A stretch of 64,000 nt of DNA from Rickettsiales bacterium (GTDB lineage: Bacteria > Pseudomonadota > Alphaproteobacteria > Rickettsiales > JABSSG01), in contig JAVKEN010000022.1 of assembly GCA_040221415.1 (NCBI GenBank), forward strand, positions 57,439 through 121,438, read 5' to 3'. Below the pieces are notes generated by a model. That model did no database searches. It had not been told where the DNA came from and worked only from the letters and a program-made list of their open reading frames with translations. The first letter of the stretch is position 1, and every line of letters starts with the position of its first letter. A program made the position numbers and the translations under genes. Shown here piece after piece: positions 1 to 9,565 of the stretch.

Positions 1-316
1 CCTCTACTCCGAACTCTGCCTTAAAAGGTGTAGGATTGTTTTGAGGCTTATCTCCAAAATATTTTTTAACTCCCATCGTTCTCACTCTTGAATTTAGTTA
101 TAGCACTTAAAAAAAGTTTATTGATGTTTGATGAATAATTATGCAAATGCTTTTTAGCAGTTTCATTACTATCTTCTTGTACATTGTCTGTAGAAGGAAA
201 TAGGCTTGTTAGCTTTATGCCTTTTAGAAAAAAATTATCATTCATCACAATAACCGATAAAAAATGTAGATAATATATAACTCCCAACTTAGGTAATAAT
301 CAACGTTTTTTATAAT

Positions 317-1126
317 TTATCTTGTACCAGCTGTTTGCAGAATTTTGTCTACTCCTGGTATATCTGGTTCGCCCCTAAAATTTATTGCGTTATTATATGA
401 TTTACAGCACATAGAAAATGATTTGTCGCAATTTGGCTCAAGAATAACTTCATCATTATATTCTGCACCTTCTGCAAAAGAAGAATCAAGCTCAAGAGTT
501 TGGTTGTTCACAGATATAATTATATAATCATTGTTTCTGGCTTTCACTTTGCCACCAATAAATTTTTGCGATGGTGCGTAACTAACCAATATCTTATTAT
601 TGGCAAGGACTCTTTCAACACTTGCATAGACTTGATGCTTCTTACTATCTACACCACATCTATTATCGCCAAAATTAGCACGACAAAAAGGCGAGTATAT
701 CTGAGTTATTTCCTTATCTAGTTTGCGACTGATACCTGAGACATTAAAGCTAAATACATTATTCTCAAATGTTATCTTGTCTATATAGCCGCAATTAATA
801 TAGGTTTTTATGCCTCGCGAATCATCTACATCTATTACAAACACCTCTATGTAAGCTTGATCAAATTCTCCTGATAGAACTAACTCATTACTTATTGCTT
901 CTCCATCAAATATCGCTGAGAACTCATAATTATTGTGAGTCAGATCATTTGTTTTCTCAAAAGAAGAGGATTTAACCAACTGACCAGAAAAATATTCTTT
1001 GTCATTTATAATTAAATTCTCATGGAAATCTGTGTAATGATATTCATGTGATTTAGTTTTAATAAACCAACACAAAGCCTTACCGACAGTAGACTTTCCT
1101 CGCAGATTTTGATTTGTATGCTTCAT
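317..1126 (-). CDS. GTA/phage tail protein, DUF2163 with BR0599-type C-terminal domain (RcGTA g13-like)
   Basis: 269-aa ORF with a GGAGG a few nt upstream of the ATG. The C-terminus CDKSFSMCCKSYNNAINFRGEPDIPG fits the conserved C..C...N..NFRGxPxIPG signature of the Phage_BR0599 domain. Confidence 0.75.
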   Translation of the reverse strand: MKHTNQNLRGKSTVGKALCWFIKTKSHEYHYTDFHENLIINDKEYFSGQLVKSSSFEKTNDLTHNNYEFSAIFDGEAISNELVLSGEFDQAYIEVFVIDVDDSRGIKTYINCGYIDKITFENNVFSFNVSGISRKLDKEITQIYSPFCRANFGDNRCGVDSKKHQVYASVERVLANNKILVSYAPSQKFIGGKVKARNNDYIIISVNNQTLELDSSFAEGAEYNDEVILEPNCDKSFSMCCKSYNNAINFRGEPDIPGVDKILQTAGTR

Positions 1127-1167
1127 ATAGATGCCTCCTCTATCTTAAGTTTTAACACACCAGACCC

Positions 1168-1442
1168 AATAGGTTAATACCCCCTAGTAAAAAAATTATG
1201 GACTCCGGGTCGGCGCCCGGAGTGATGTCTGGGGGGTGTCATTCTCGCGTTCCCTCTCTCTATGTCATCCTGGCGAACGCCAGGATCCACTAAGACCTTA
1301 CATACGGATAGGTGGTTATGGATTCCGGGTCAAGCCCGGAATGACGTCTGGGGGGCTGGGGTATAACGTCGTGGGGTGGTGGCATAACGTCAGAGGAGAT
1401 AGCACACCAAAAATAATAGGTTAACACCTCCTAATGAAAAAA
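1168..1442. repeat. Composite GC-rich palindromic repeat cluster (REP/RPE-like modules) flanked by ~28-nt imperfect direct repeats
   Basis: Hairpin modules: ctccgggtcggcgcccggag, tcctggcgaacgccagga and ttccgggtcaagcccggaa. Flanking direct repeats are aataggttaataccccctagtaaaaaaa (1168-1195) and aataggttaacacctcctaatgaaaaaa (1415-1442). The same modules recur at 40126-40292. Confidence 0.7.
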
Positions 1443-1503
1443 GTTGCTTAGAAGAAGTCCTATATTCTATAATCAAAGGATATTGCCAATATTGACTGGG
1501 TGC

Positions 1504-3285
1504 ATGACAAAAAAAGAATCAGATAAAGAACAAACAGAAGCTATGCATGAAGACCTTTCTTCATACAGCCAGCTAGAGGCCCAGTCTAGAGCAGCTAGTC
1601 AAGCTGAGTTATCTTTGAGCTACACCTTAAGTTCTGATGAATTGACATTAGAGCCAATTGCAATAGCTTCGAATGCTCTTATTCGCAGAAGTGCTTTGGC
1701 AGCTGCTAATACTGCCTCTGGTGGAGTTATCGGCGCTTTAGGCCTGACATATGCTATTCAACGCATGTATATCAACTATAGATATATAACTGATGCTAGA
1801 ATATTTGCTGATGAAATATTAGAAAACGTAGCGCCAGTTGAAGTAGACAACACAGTTAAGCTACTTACTGCCCAGGGAGTTTTAAAAGAAAGTAAAACAG
1901 ATGAAGAAGATGAACAAAATAAAGCAGAAGCAATAAAATATATTATTTCTCAGAATATGAGTGGAACCATTCTGCAGAATACGATTTCTCCTGGACTTGC
2001 AGGATCAGCTTTAATGGGTTCTATTTTTGTTTTTGCCTCACTTATATTTCCGCCAGTCACTGCCCCATTATTTTTTGTTGGAATAGGAATTCTTGCCGCA
2101 GGAACAATTGCAACATTTGGTGCTGCAATAAAAAATAGGCAATTGCTTCAATCTAAATTAAAAACAACATTTGATGGCGACTCGGGTTTTATCAAAAGAT
2201 TACGCAGCAAAGCAAAAACTATTTCAAAAACAATTCCAGATACTAAATTCAAAGAGGCTAGAAAAGCTAGGAATACTCTTGAGTGGATATCTTCTAGGAT
2301 GTTAGATTTAATTGCCGCCACCAAAATATCTTCATTCTTTAACTTTATATCACTAAGCACCAGAATAGCCGTTGGAGTTGCACAAAATATTGTTCTTATC
2401 GGCTCGGCATCACTAGATGCGGCAAGTAACTATTTAGGAAGACGAGAGAAATATCTCAAATTCTCAAAAATACTATCCGAAAGCTTTATTCCCAAGATTC
2501 ATGCAAGAAGATTCCTGATCTTCGGTAAAACTAAATATGAAAAATTTGTTGAAAAACATCGCAGCAAAATAATAGATAGACTTGGCTATAGTCACAGTAT
2601 TCCCATGGATAAGCTGCTTGAAAGAATTAAATACGAACACCCAAAGCTTTATGATCAATTGCAAATGGAGTGTGTAAAAGATGGTATTCATAGAAAATAT
2701 TTAAAATTTTGTCAGAAAGAAAGCCTAGATGCGCAAAGTAGCAAAGCGTTCAATGATTTCTCCGACCACCAAGTTCAAAAATCTGTTGCAGCTGATGTCA
2801 GAACCACCGGTTATATCAGCGGTATATCTATCCTGATTTCTATTACAAGTATTGCAATCGTCTTCCCCCCTGCTGCTATTCCTCTTTTTGCACTCGCAGC
2901 AATAGGTGCTTTCGTAGTACCAGCAGTAACTGAGTATATCACTAAAAAAGAATCAGAAAAATTTTCTGAAAAATTAAAAAAGATCTCTTCGAGCAAAATT
3001 AAAGAAGTCACAGGCAGCAAAAAAGCAAAAGAAGCAGATATAGCAGATAATAATGCACTGACCCTTCTTGCAGAAATTAAATCTGTAGCTCAGCAATCCA
3101 AAATAGTCAGCGAGTCATCGGCAAACCCAACTGTTAAAGAACCCACTCCAACAAGAAAGGCTCCTATAGTAACAGCAAAAGAACCAGGGCGAGCTCGGCA
3201 CCGTAAGAAAAAACGCCACTCCCCAAGAAAAGGGTTTGCAAGAAGAGTTAAACGATCGAAGTCAGAAGAAATCTTAAGAAGCTAA
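1504..3285 (+). CDS. Membrane protein with two bilobed hydrophobic hairpins and a basic C-terminal tail (hypothetical)
   Basis: The ORF is open from a TTG at 1444; I prefer the ATG at 1504 (MTKKESD). Two ~40-aa hydrophobic blocks share an FPPxxxPLF turn (LIFPPVTAPLFFVGIGILAAG and IVFPPAAIPLFALAAIGAFVV). C-terminus: RARHRKKKRHSPRKGFARRVKRSKSEEILRS. Confidence 0.6.
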   Translation: MTKKESDKEQTEAMHEDLSSYSQLEAQSRAASQAELSLSYTLSSDELTLEPIAIASNALIRRSALAAANTASGGVIGALGLTYAIQRMYINYRYITDARIFADEILENVAPVEVDNTVKLLTAQGVLKESKTDEEDEQNKAEAIKYIISQNMSGTILQNTISPGLAGSALMGSIFVFASLIFPPVTAPLFFVGIGILAAGTIATFGAAIKNRQLLQSKLKTTFDGDSGFIKRLRSKAKTISKTIPDTKFKEARKARNTLEWISSRMLDLIAATKISSFFNFISLSTRIAVGVAQNIVLIGSASLDAASNYLGRREKYLKFSKILSESFIPKIHARRFLIFGKTKYEKFVEKHRSKIIDRLGYSHSIPMDKLLERIKYEHPKLYDQLQMECVKDGIHRKYLKFCQKESLDAQSSKAFNDFSDHQVQKSVAADVRTTGYISGISILISITSIAIVFPPAAIPLFALAAIGAFVVPAVTEYITKKESEKFSEKLKKISSSKIKEVTGSKKAKEADIADNNALTLLAEIKSVAQQSKIVSESSANPTVKEPTPTRKAPIVTAKEPGRARHRKKKRHSPRKGFARRVKRSKSEEILRS

Positions 3286-3878
3286 ATAACTTCAATTAAC
3301 TGTAAACCTTCAACAAGATATAAATTTGGCTGTTCTAATACTACTGGTAAATAATCATTATTAAACCTCACGACCGTATCATATTCGCAGGAAGCAGTAA
3401 TTTTTGCTCCGTCTTTGGGCGCATTACGGAACTCAATTATCCCATCTTCCAAAAGACTATAACTCTTATTAGCTCGGCCATTAACTTTAACTTTCAACGT
3501 TTTAGCAATAGGACAATACACCCGCCTAGAATATAACTTTTGCTTTTGATGATAATAATCCTTAAAGATTATAAACATCTTACTCTTACCATCACCTACA
3601 CCAACTTGTTGATTTGAAATCTCGTTATCCAAAACATCAGAAAAACGAAAACTACATAATTTTCCTTTGACCAGTTGAAAGAAACTTACCAAATTTTGAA
3701 TTTCTTTTTGATTATGCGATAAAGGAGCGAGATTAAACTTCTTACGCTCACTATGATTCAAAAGCTTGCGATACTCCTTCCCAGATGCCGTAGTAACAAC
3801 TTCTGTTTGGTACTCAGCACCAAATTCAACACCGTATGTAATTTTTGATGGAAAATTTTGATTGATAAAATTTTGCAT
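3282..3878 (-). CDS. GTA/phage distal tail protein, DUF2460/TIGR02217 family (RcGTA g12-like)
   Basis: 198 aa with AGGAGG upstream of the ATG. The N-terminus FPSKITYGVEFGAEYQTEVVTTASGKEYRKLLNHSERKKFNL...FFQLVKGKLCSFRFSD follows the FP..is.gs.ggP.f.T.iv...sG.E.R...w...r..y...ff.a+.G....FrfkD pattern of this family. Confidence 0.75.
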   Translation of the reverse strand: MQNFINQNFPSKITYGVEFGAEYQTEVVTTASGKEYRKLLNHSERKKFNLAPLSHNQKEIQNLVSFFQLVKGKLCSFRFSDVLDNEISNQQVGVGDGKSKMFIIFKDYYHQKQKLYSRRVYCPIAKTLKVKVNGRANKSYSLLEDGIIEFRNAPKDGAKITASCEYDTVVRFNNDYLPVVLEQPNLYLVEGLQLIEVI

Positions 3879-3939
3879 TTTGCCTCCTGTTATTATCTTC
3901 TAAAATAACATGCCAGAGGTGACTTGTTAAGATATTGAA

Positions 3940-5208
3940 CTAGATTGAATTAGAACGAGTTCTACTTTTCTGTTTGCCAGGAATATTTGAAGGAGGAGAT
4001 ATATGATGCTCTGGGTGAATTTCTGGTTTCTTTTTGATGGCACCTTTCTTGACCTCTTCTCCCCTTTCTAGATGATCTGAAGAAACCGCAGCGGCAGCCC
4101 CTGATGCGCGCGACCTAGGTGGCTCCAGTGATGGATCCTTTGAATCAAAGACAGCAGCGGCAGCCCCAGTACCATGATCTTTTGAATCAGAGACAGCTGC
4201 TGATATACCTGTTTCACGAGCAGTTTTTAAACCCTTCATCATATCAGACATATTAGCGATTCTGCATTCACCCTTAGACCCTTGCACTGCCATAGCTGGC
4301 TTACCATTGCGCATCACCACCGTATCAAAGTTGCCAGGAATCAACTTCCCACTGGCATCTCTTAGTGGAAGAGCCAAACCACTTTCATTCACACGAGGAA
4401 CCCTGATAGTACAATTTAAATTTTCAGGAGGTGTCTCCATATTTTTAATAAGAACCTTCCCTCCAAGCTCCGCTATATTTTCGATTGCCACACCTTTGCG
4501 CGCCTGACCAGCATCTGTTCCAAAACCTTTATCTTCTGCTCTTTCTCGCTCTTTTTTGCTGCCTTCTGGAACAAAATATTCAGCTTCTATTTTACCCATC
4601 AATGGAAAAGATTTTTTCTCCATTTTTTTACTATAAGTCTGTGTATCTACCTGATCACCCCAAATTTTACCTCCCAGCCATTGAATTCCTGAAAGGCTTT
4701 TCGGATTGCGCATGTAATCACGTGCTTTAGCTAGAGTACCTTTTTCTTTATATATTTCAGCTGACACAGCATCACGCATTTCAGGACTGTCTTGTAATTT
4801 TGGATTTCGAGCAAACTCTAACAGCTCTGGATCACTCGCTAAAAGCTCAGGATCATATCCTATATTGATTGGGGTCTTATGTGATCTTGTTTCTTTGTAC
4901 TCTTGAAATTCTTTAATCCTCTTACCTTCAAGATGTTTAGATTCTACTACGTTCAAGATTTTTTTACCCAGCTTGTATGCACCAATGATATTGATAACCG
5001 CCGCTGGACCGAACAGTAATACGCTGGCGCCTGTACCAGCATATGCCTTAGTGCTAGTAATAAATGGCTTTTTACTAGGTTGGGAAGGGCTATACTCCTC
5101 TTTTTTCGGAGTTTTTTTAGACGGATTCGACTGAGAATAACCAGATGACCGTGCATCACCTCCCTTCAAACTACCCGTCAATGATCCAGTAGTAATTCCC
5201 TGCGACAT
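3940..5208 (-). CDS. Hypothetical 422-aa protein with one hydrophobic segment and a basic C-terminus ending RTRSNSI
   Basis: AAGAGGA RBS lies 5 nt upstream, and the gene starts 10 nt after the stop of the 1406-aa gene. TM-like segment GASVLLFGPAAVINIIGAY. Internal repeat G(T)GAAAAV(F/S)DSKD. Confidence 0.6.
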   Translation of the reverse strand: MSQGITTGSLTGSLKGGDARSSGYSQSNPSKKTPKKEEYSPSQPSKKPFITSTKAYAGTGASVLLFGPAAVINIIGAYKLGKKILNVVESKHLEGKRIKEFQEYKETRSHKTPINIGYDPELLASDPELLEFARNPKLQDSPEMRDAVSAEIYKEKGTLAKARDYMRNPKSLSGIQWLGGKIWGDQVDTQTYSKKMEKKSFPLMGKIEAEYFVPEGSKKERERAEDKGFGTDAGQARKGVAIENIAELGGKVLIKNMETPPENLNCTIRVPRVNESGLALPLRDASGKLIPGNFDTVVMRNGKPAMAVQGSKGECRIANMSDMMKGLKTARETGISAAVSDSKDHGTGAAAAVFDSKDPSLEPPRSRASGAAAAVSSDHLERGEEVKKGAIKKKPEIHPEHHISPPSNIPGKQKSRTRSNSI

Positions 5209-5217
5209 TCAATCCTC

Positions 5218-8200
5218 TTATTGAGTTGCCATTCCTAAAATTTTAGCCGTATCATCAACTAATTTTTTAAGTTTCTCTGCGTCAATTTTTTGTACTTCAG
5301 CTAACTTGGAAACAATCTCATCAACAGACTGACCAGACTGTAATGCAGGCACAATTGCTTGAATAGCTTCCGACTGAATTCTAAATTCAGTTTTACAACA
5401 AGACATAAGAAGGTCTTTGGTAATTTCATCTACATTTTCATTAAGGCTTTTTAAGACCTTATCTATAGCACTAACTACTTCTTCATTTGAAGGACCAGCC
5501 AGCTTGTCAGGGTTCTTAGCATTCTGCATTAGCGCTTCATGATTATCTTCCATGAATTTAGAAACCACATCATCATATTCGGCAGCTACTTCTGCAGCCT
5601 CAGATTTTAAATCTTCAGTTGCATAGTTAATCTCAGACTGCATTTTGACCCTATCCAACTTGCTGGCATATTCGAACCTCTCTGGTTGAATTGTCTCACG
5701 AGCGCTTTCAATTGAATGAACTGTTTCTCTGTTTACTAAAATTTTTTGCACTTCTTCATAAACCTGGTCAAGAATCTTATTTTCTTCATCACTAACTTCT
5801 ACTGGGTTAGTTGCTTCATCTGCATCGTCAGGAGCCTGTTGTGGAGACGATGCCTGCTGTTGTGGAGGCGATGCCTGTTGTTGCGGCTGTTGAGGTGCAG
5901 GAGCTTGATCTGCTTGCTCTTCATGACGAGGGGTTGCTGACTGAGCATCAGACTGCATCTTCATACTTAGCTGCAAATCTTTAGGCTGAGAAGCATCATT
6001 TTCAGATTCTTTCGGCTGTTGAGAAGGCTGAGCAGTAGCTTCTGCAGGCTCTTTAGAAGAAGAATCATCTCCTTCGTCATCTGCCTCGTCTTCTTCAGGC
6101 TCGTCCTCATCCTCTAATTCATCTTCTGGCTCTGGCTCTAAAGGCTCTGGAACCGCTCCATGAATTGGCTGACCGTTATCGTTATGCTCCTCTTCTTCAG
6201 AGTTTTCTTCAGGCTCATCCTCTGGCTCATCATACGATTCATCATTTTCATCGGCATAATCATCTTCTTCAGATTCACTGCCTTGATCTGTTACTGCATC
6301 ATCATCTGAAATAGTCTCATCTTCCTCGTCATCTCGCGGGTCATTTTTTAATAACCCATCCCTGACTAATTGGCCATAGAACACAGGATATTGCTTACAA
6401 AGATCAATAATATGGTCATGCAAATCTTGCGCATAATCGAGAGAATCAGGAGATAATTTATATATAACGCCAATTAATTTACTTTGTTCGTCATGGTATT
6501 TATTCACCTGAGTCTGAAGCTTGTGTTTAAGCTTTTCGACTGTCTTTTCGACTTTGATATGTGATTTGTCTAATTCAGATGATAAATATTTTTCTCGCGT
6601 TTCTAGCTCGTTTAATTCTTGTTTAAGCTTCTTTTGCGCTTCTTTTGCTCGCTTATTATCTTGCTCTTTAAGATGAGTAATTTTTTCTTCAACAAGTCTT
6701 TTCTTTTCCTGAAGTGGAGTTAGTTTAACCTTGTTAGCAATCTTTATAAGATCTGAATTCTCCTCTGCTTTGATGATCTCATTCTGGATTTTGTCTAAAA
6801 TCTTTTGAATTTTGTGCAGATGTCTTTTATGTTTCTCAACATTTTTAAAGAAAGACCCTAAATATTTATCAAACTTTTTAACTTCATCCACAAGCTTTAG
6901 AACATTCTCGGCTTTTCTTTTATCCCCAAGCTCTACTGGTTCGCCAGCTGCTACGGCTATTTCAGCAATATCTTCAGCGCTCAGCTTACGAACATCCACT
7001 TTATCAATTGCCTCGTGAGAAATATCACCTTTCTTTAGCTTAAATTTCTTCTTGGTTTTCTGAGAGATTTTCTCACCAACTTTATCTAATTTAGTTTTGT
7101 AATCTTTGATTACCTTATCTTTTTCACTTTCTTCTGATGATCCAGCAGCATCTCTGTATTTAAGATGCTCACAATCTGGCAAAGATTTTTCAATCTCGGC
7201 AATATCACCGGACATTAAAAGCTGAGCTTGGTTTATTTCAACAGTGATCTTGTTGCCTTCCTTTTGAAGGCCATCTATTTTTTCTTGAATAGCTTGTTTC
7301 TCTTTAAGCTCTTTTGCGGTTAAGTCTTTTTTGTTATATTTTTTTATATCTTCAAGATATTCATCTTGTTTATCGACAATACCATTAGAACGCTGCTCAA
7401 GCTCTTGAAGTTTTTTGTTTCCAATATTTGCATAATCACCTGCAATATATGCTAGCTCAATATAAATCATCATATATTGATCAAACACACCAACAATATC
7501 TAGTTTATCTGGGTCATTGACTATTTTATTTCGGAATTTAATAAGGTCTTCATAGTTATAGGATAAGAAGTATTTCTTAAGAAGTTTCTTAGCTTCTTCT
7601 TGAGTCATTTTCTCGAAGTCGATATAAGCCCCTAAAGTTTCATGGATCAGTTTCTGCAGATCCTTAGAGAATCCCGACTCAGATAACAACTTCGTAACTT
7701 GTTCACTCACCTCTTTTGCGTGCGCTTCTTCCTCCTCCGGAGAAAGATTCGGCTCGGCTTCTTCCTGAGCAGTAGGCGCTGTTTCCTGGGACTGTTGCTG
7801 TTGAGCTGGCTGAGGCGCTGCTTGTTGAGGTTGTTGCGCTGCCGCGTCTCCACCACCAGAAGCTTTCTCAGATTTTAAGCGAGCAATATCCGCCTCAAGT
7901 CTTTTAATTGTTGATTCCTGTTTGCTGAATTTTGCTTTTTCCAGTAATTTTTCAAGTGACTGAATTTTTTTATCAACTGAATCATTAGAATCAAATGTAT
8001 CTGCTTCTTGCATATCTTCTTTATTATCCTCCTCTACATCAGGACCGCTAGGTATTGTTTGACCCGCCAACGAGTTTTTAGACTCGGATTGGGCTGGTTG
8101 AGGTTGAGCTGGCTGAGCCTGCTGACTTCCGCCGGTATTTGCTGCAGCTCCATGATCAGTGTTTACTGGATCACTCAAAGACAATACATTGCTTTCCTCG

Positions 8201-9438
8201 AGATTCTCATCAACATTCTTGGCAGCTTGAAGAAAGGCCTGCCTACCAGAAGTTTTTGGTTTCAAATCTGATACATCTTCTGGGAACTGCTTTAAGACTT
8301 CAGCAAAAGTCTTTTGATAGCCATTTACTTGATTTTTAAGTAAAGATTCATGTTTCTCATCAAGCGCATTCACCCCCTTGCTTGAATATACAAAGCTTAT
8401 GCATGCATTGCCTTTAAATTCAAAACAATCAAATGAGCCTGGATAAAAATTCCCACCTTCATAACGACGGGCGATTTTTACAGTGTAATAAGCTTTCTCG
8501 GAAACTCCTTGCGGAATAATTAAGTATTCAGGAGTTTTTTTATCTTTAGATGTTTTCTTTAAGATGGTTACCCAGCCTCCAGCTACAGGAAAACAACCAG
8601 AATGCTTTACCACCCCTCTTGTTGCGAATATGTGCGGAGTAATTTTTCGGTACTTAACAAATGTTTGATCAACTTCTTTTACGAATTCGTCACCACTTGT
8701 AAGGTCAGTCATGTCGAATTTATATTTATTTATGAAGTCTTCCTCTTGCCTCTTTCTAATATTTTCTTGAGGAGACAAAGAAATATGGCCGCTTTTTGAT
8801 TCTTCATCAAGATGTTCTTTGATCCGAGCCAAAATCACCGTACCTTCACATAACTCAAAATCCATAACCTCTTTAAGCTCTTGACTTGAAGAAAGGTTGT
8901 ACCAACCTCCCTTATCATTTCCTGCATCAGCATCACTTTGCGAAGCACCTGCAGACTCTTTCTTAGATTTTGCAGCTTGCAACTTTTTAATCAATTCGCT
9001 TTTTTCAGGATCTAGCGGTTTATTCGTACGAATTAACAGAGCTTGCTCAGACTTGGTTTTTTCAAGCAAGTCATTTATATCGTCAAGGCTCATATTATTC
9101 ATATTTTCTTCAGCAGCAATCCCACTTCCATCAGCATGCACAGGCGGAGCATTAGGCACCCCAGTTTTAGAAGACGCTTCTGGAAAAGAATTCATTAATA
9201 CACTTTCAAGATGCGCTGCTGTGCCATTAGAATTTTGCTCGACCACAGAGGCAATTTGATCAAGTTTATTGAGAGCGGCTTGATGATCCGCTATAGATAG
9301 TTTTTCAATAAAATTCGCTACAGCTTCTTTTTTGTCATCACTGTCTTGCCCTGTGATCAAATTCATCGCAAAGGCTTCGTAATCATGTGTGTTAATTGCT
9401 GTTGTTAGCGCTCTCTTTTGATCGTCTGTTAATGCCAT
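5218..9438 (-). CDS. Giant acidic Q/P-rich coiled-coil protein (1406 aa, hypothetical)
   Basis: Uninterrupted 4.2-kb ORF. Contains poly-acidic tracts (DEEDETISDDD, EEDDYADENDESYDEPEDEPEE), Q/P tracts (PQPAQPQPAQ, QQPQQAAPQPAQQQQ, PQQPQQQASPPQQQASSPQQ) and long K/E heptad-like stretches. Confidence 0.75.
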   Translation of the reverse strand: MALTDDQKRALTTAINTHDYEAFAMNLITGQDSDDKKEAVANFIEKLSIADHQAALNKLDQIASVVEQNSNGTAAHLESVLMNSFPEASSKTGVPNAPPVHADGSGIAAEENMNNMSLDDINDLLEKTKSEQALLIRTNKPLDPEKSELIKKLQAAKSKKESAGASQSDADAGNDKGGWYNLSSSQELKEVMDFELCEGTVILARIKEHLDEESKSGHISLSPQENIRKRQEEDFINKYKFDMTDLTSGDEFVKEVDQTFVKYRKITPHIFATRGVVKHSGCFPVAGGWVTILKKTSKDKKTPEYLIIPQGVSEKAYYTVKIARRYEGGNFYPGSFDCFEFKGNACISFVYSSKGVNALDEKHESLLKNQVNGYQKTFAEVLKQFPEDVSDLKPKTSGRQAFLQAAKNVDENLEESNVLSLSDPVNTDHGAAANTGGSQQAQPAQPQPAQSESKNSLAGQTIPSGPDVEEDNKEDMQEADTFDSNDSVDKKIQSLEKLLEKAKFSKQESTIKRLEADIARLKSEKASGGGDAAAQQPQQAAPQPAQQQQSQETAPTAQEEAEPNLSPEEEEAHAKEVSEQVTKLLSESGFSKDLQKLIHETLGAYIDFEKMTQEEAKKLLKKYFLSYNYEDLIKFRNKIVNDPDKLDIVGVFDQYMMIYIELAYIAGDYANIGNKKLQELEQRSNGIVDKQDEYLEDIKKYNKKDLTAKELKEKQAIQEKIDGLQKEGNKITVEINQAQLLMSGDIAEIEKSLPDCEHLKYRDAAGSSEESEKDKVIKDYKTKLDKVGEKISQKTKKKFKLKKGDISHEAIDKVDVRKLSAEDIAEIAVAAGEPVELGDKRKAENVLKLVDEVKKFDKYLGSFFKNVEKHKRHLHKIQKILDKIQNEIIKAEENSDLIKIANKVKLTPLQEKKRLVEEKITHLKEQDNKRAKEAQKKLKQELNELETREKYLSSELDKSHIKVEKTVEKLKHKLQTQVNKYHDEQSKLIGVIYKLSPDSLDYAQDLHDHIIDLCKQYPVFYGQLVRDGLLKNDPRDDEEDETISDDDAVTDQGSESEEDDYADENDESYDEPEDEPEENSEEEEHNDNGQPIHGAVPEPLEPEPEDELEDEDEPEEDEADDEGDDSSSKEPAEATAQPSQQPKESENDASQPKDLQLSMKMQSDAQSATPRHEEQADQAPAPQQPQQQASPPQQQASSPQQAPDDADEATNPVEVSDEENKILDQVYEEVQKILVNRETVHSIESARETIQPERFEYASKLDRVKMQSEINYATEDLKSEAAEVAAEYDDVVSKFMEDNHEALMQNAKNPDKLAGPSNEEVVSAIDKVLKSLNENVDEITKDLLMSCCKTEFRIQSEAIQAIVPALQSGQSVDEIVSKLAEVQKIDAEKLKKLVDDTAKILGMATQ

Positions 9439-9565
9439 ATTCTTTATTTATTTCAACCCAGTGATTCTAGCTTAAATGTATTAATAAATTATTAAAGATA
9501 AATTAAGCCGATATTTAAATTTATAATTGAAATTGTTGGATTTTTGAAAGCATTTTTAAAATTTA

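Noticed and set aside
66-287. The short ORF downstream of g13 as the expected GTA g14 (NlpC/P60 cell-wall peptidase).
   Set aside because: It is 73 aa with a TTG start and no RBS, and it lacks the Cys/His peptidase motifs. It is probably non-coding or a remnant, so I did not annotate it.
1236-1424. ORF 1236-1424, and ORFs 40069-40281 and 40160-40354, as small proteins.
   Set aside because: They are translations of the GC-rich palindromic repeat modules, with the same DNA repeat at two loci in different frame contexts. This is a typical artefact of REP/RPE-like elements.
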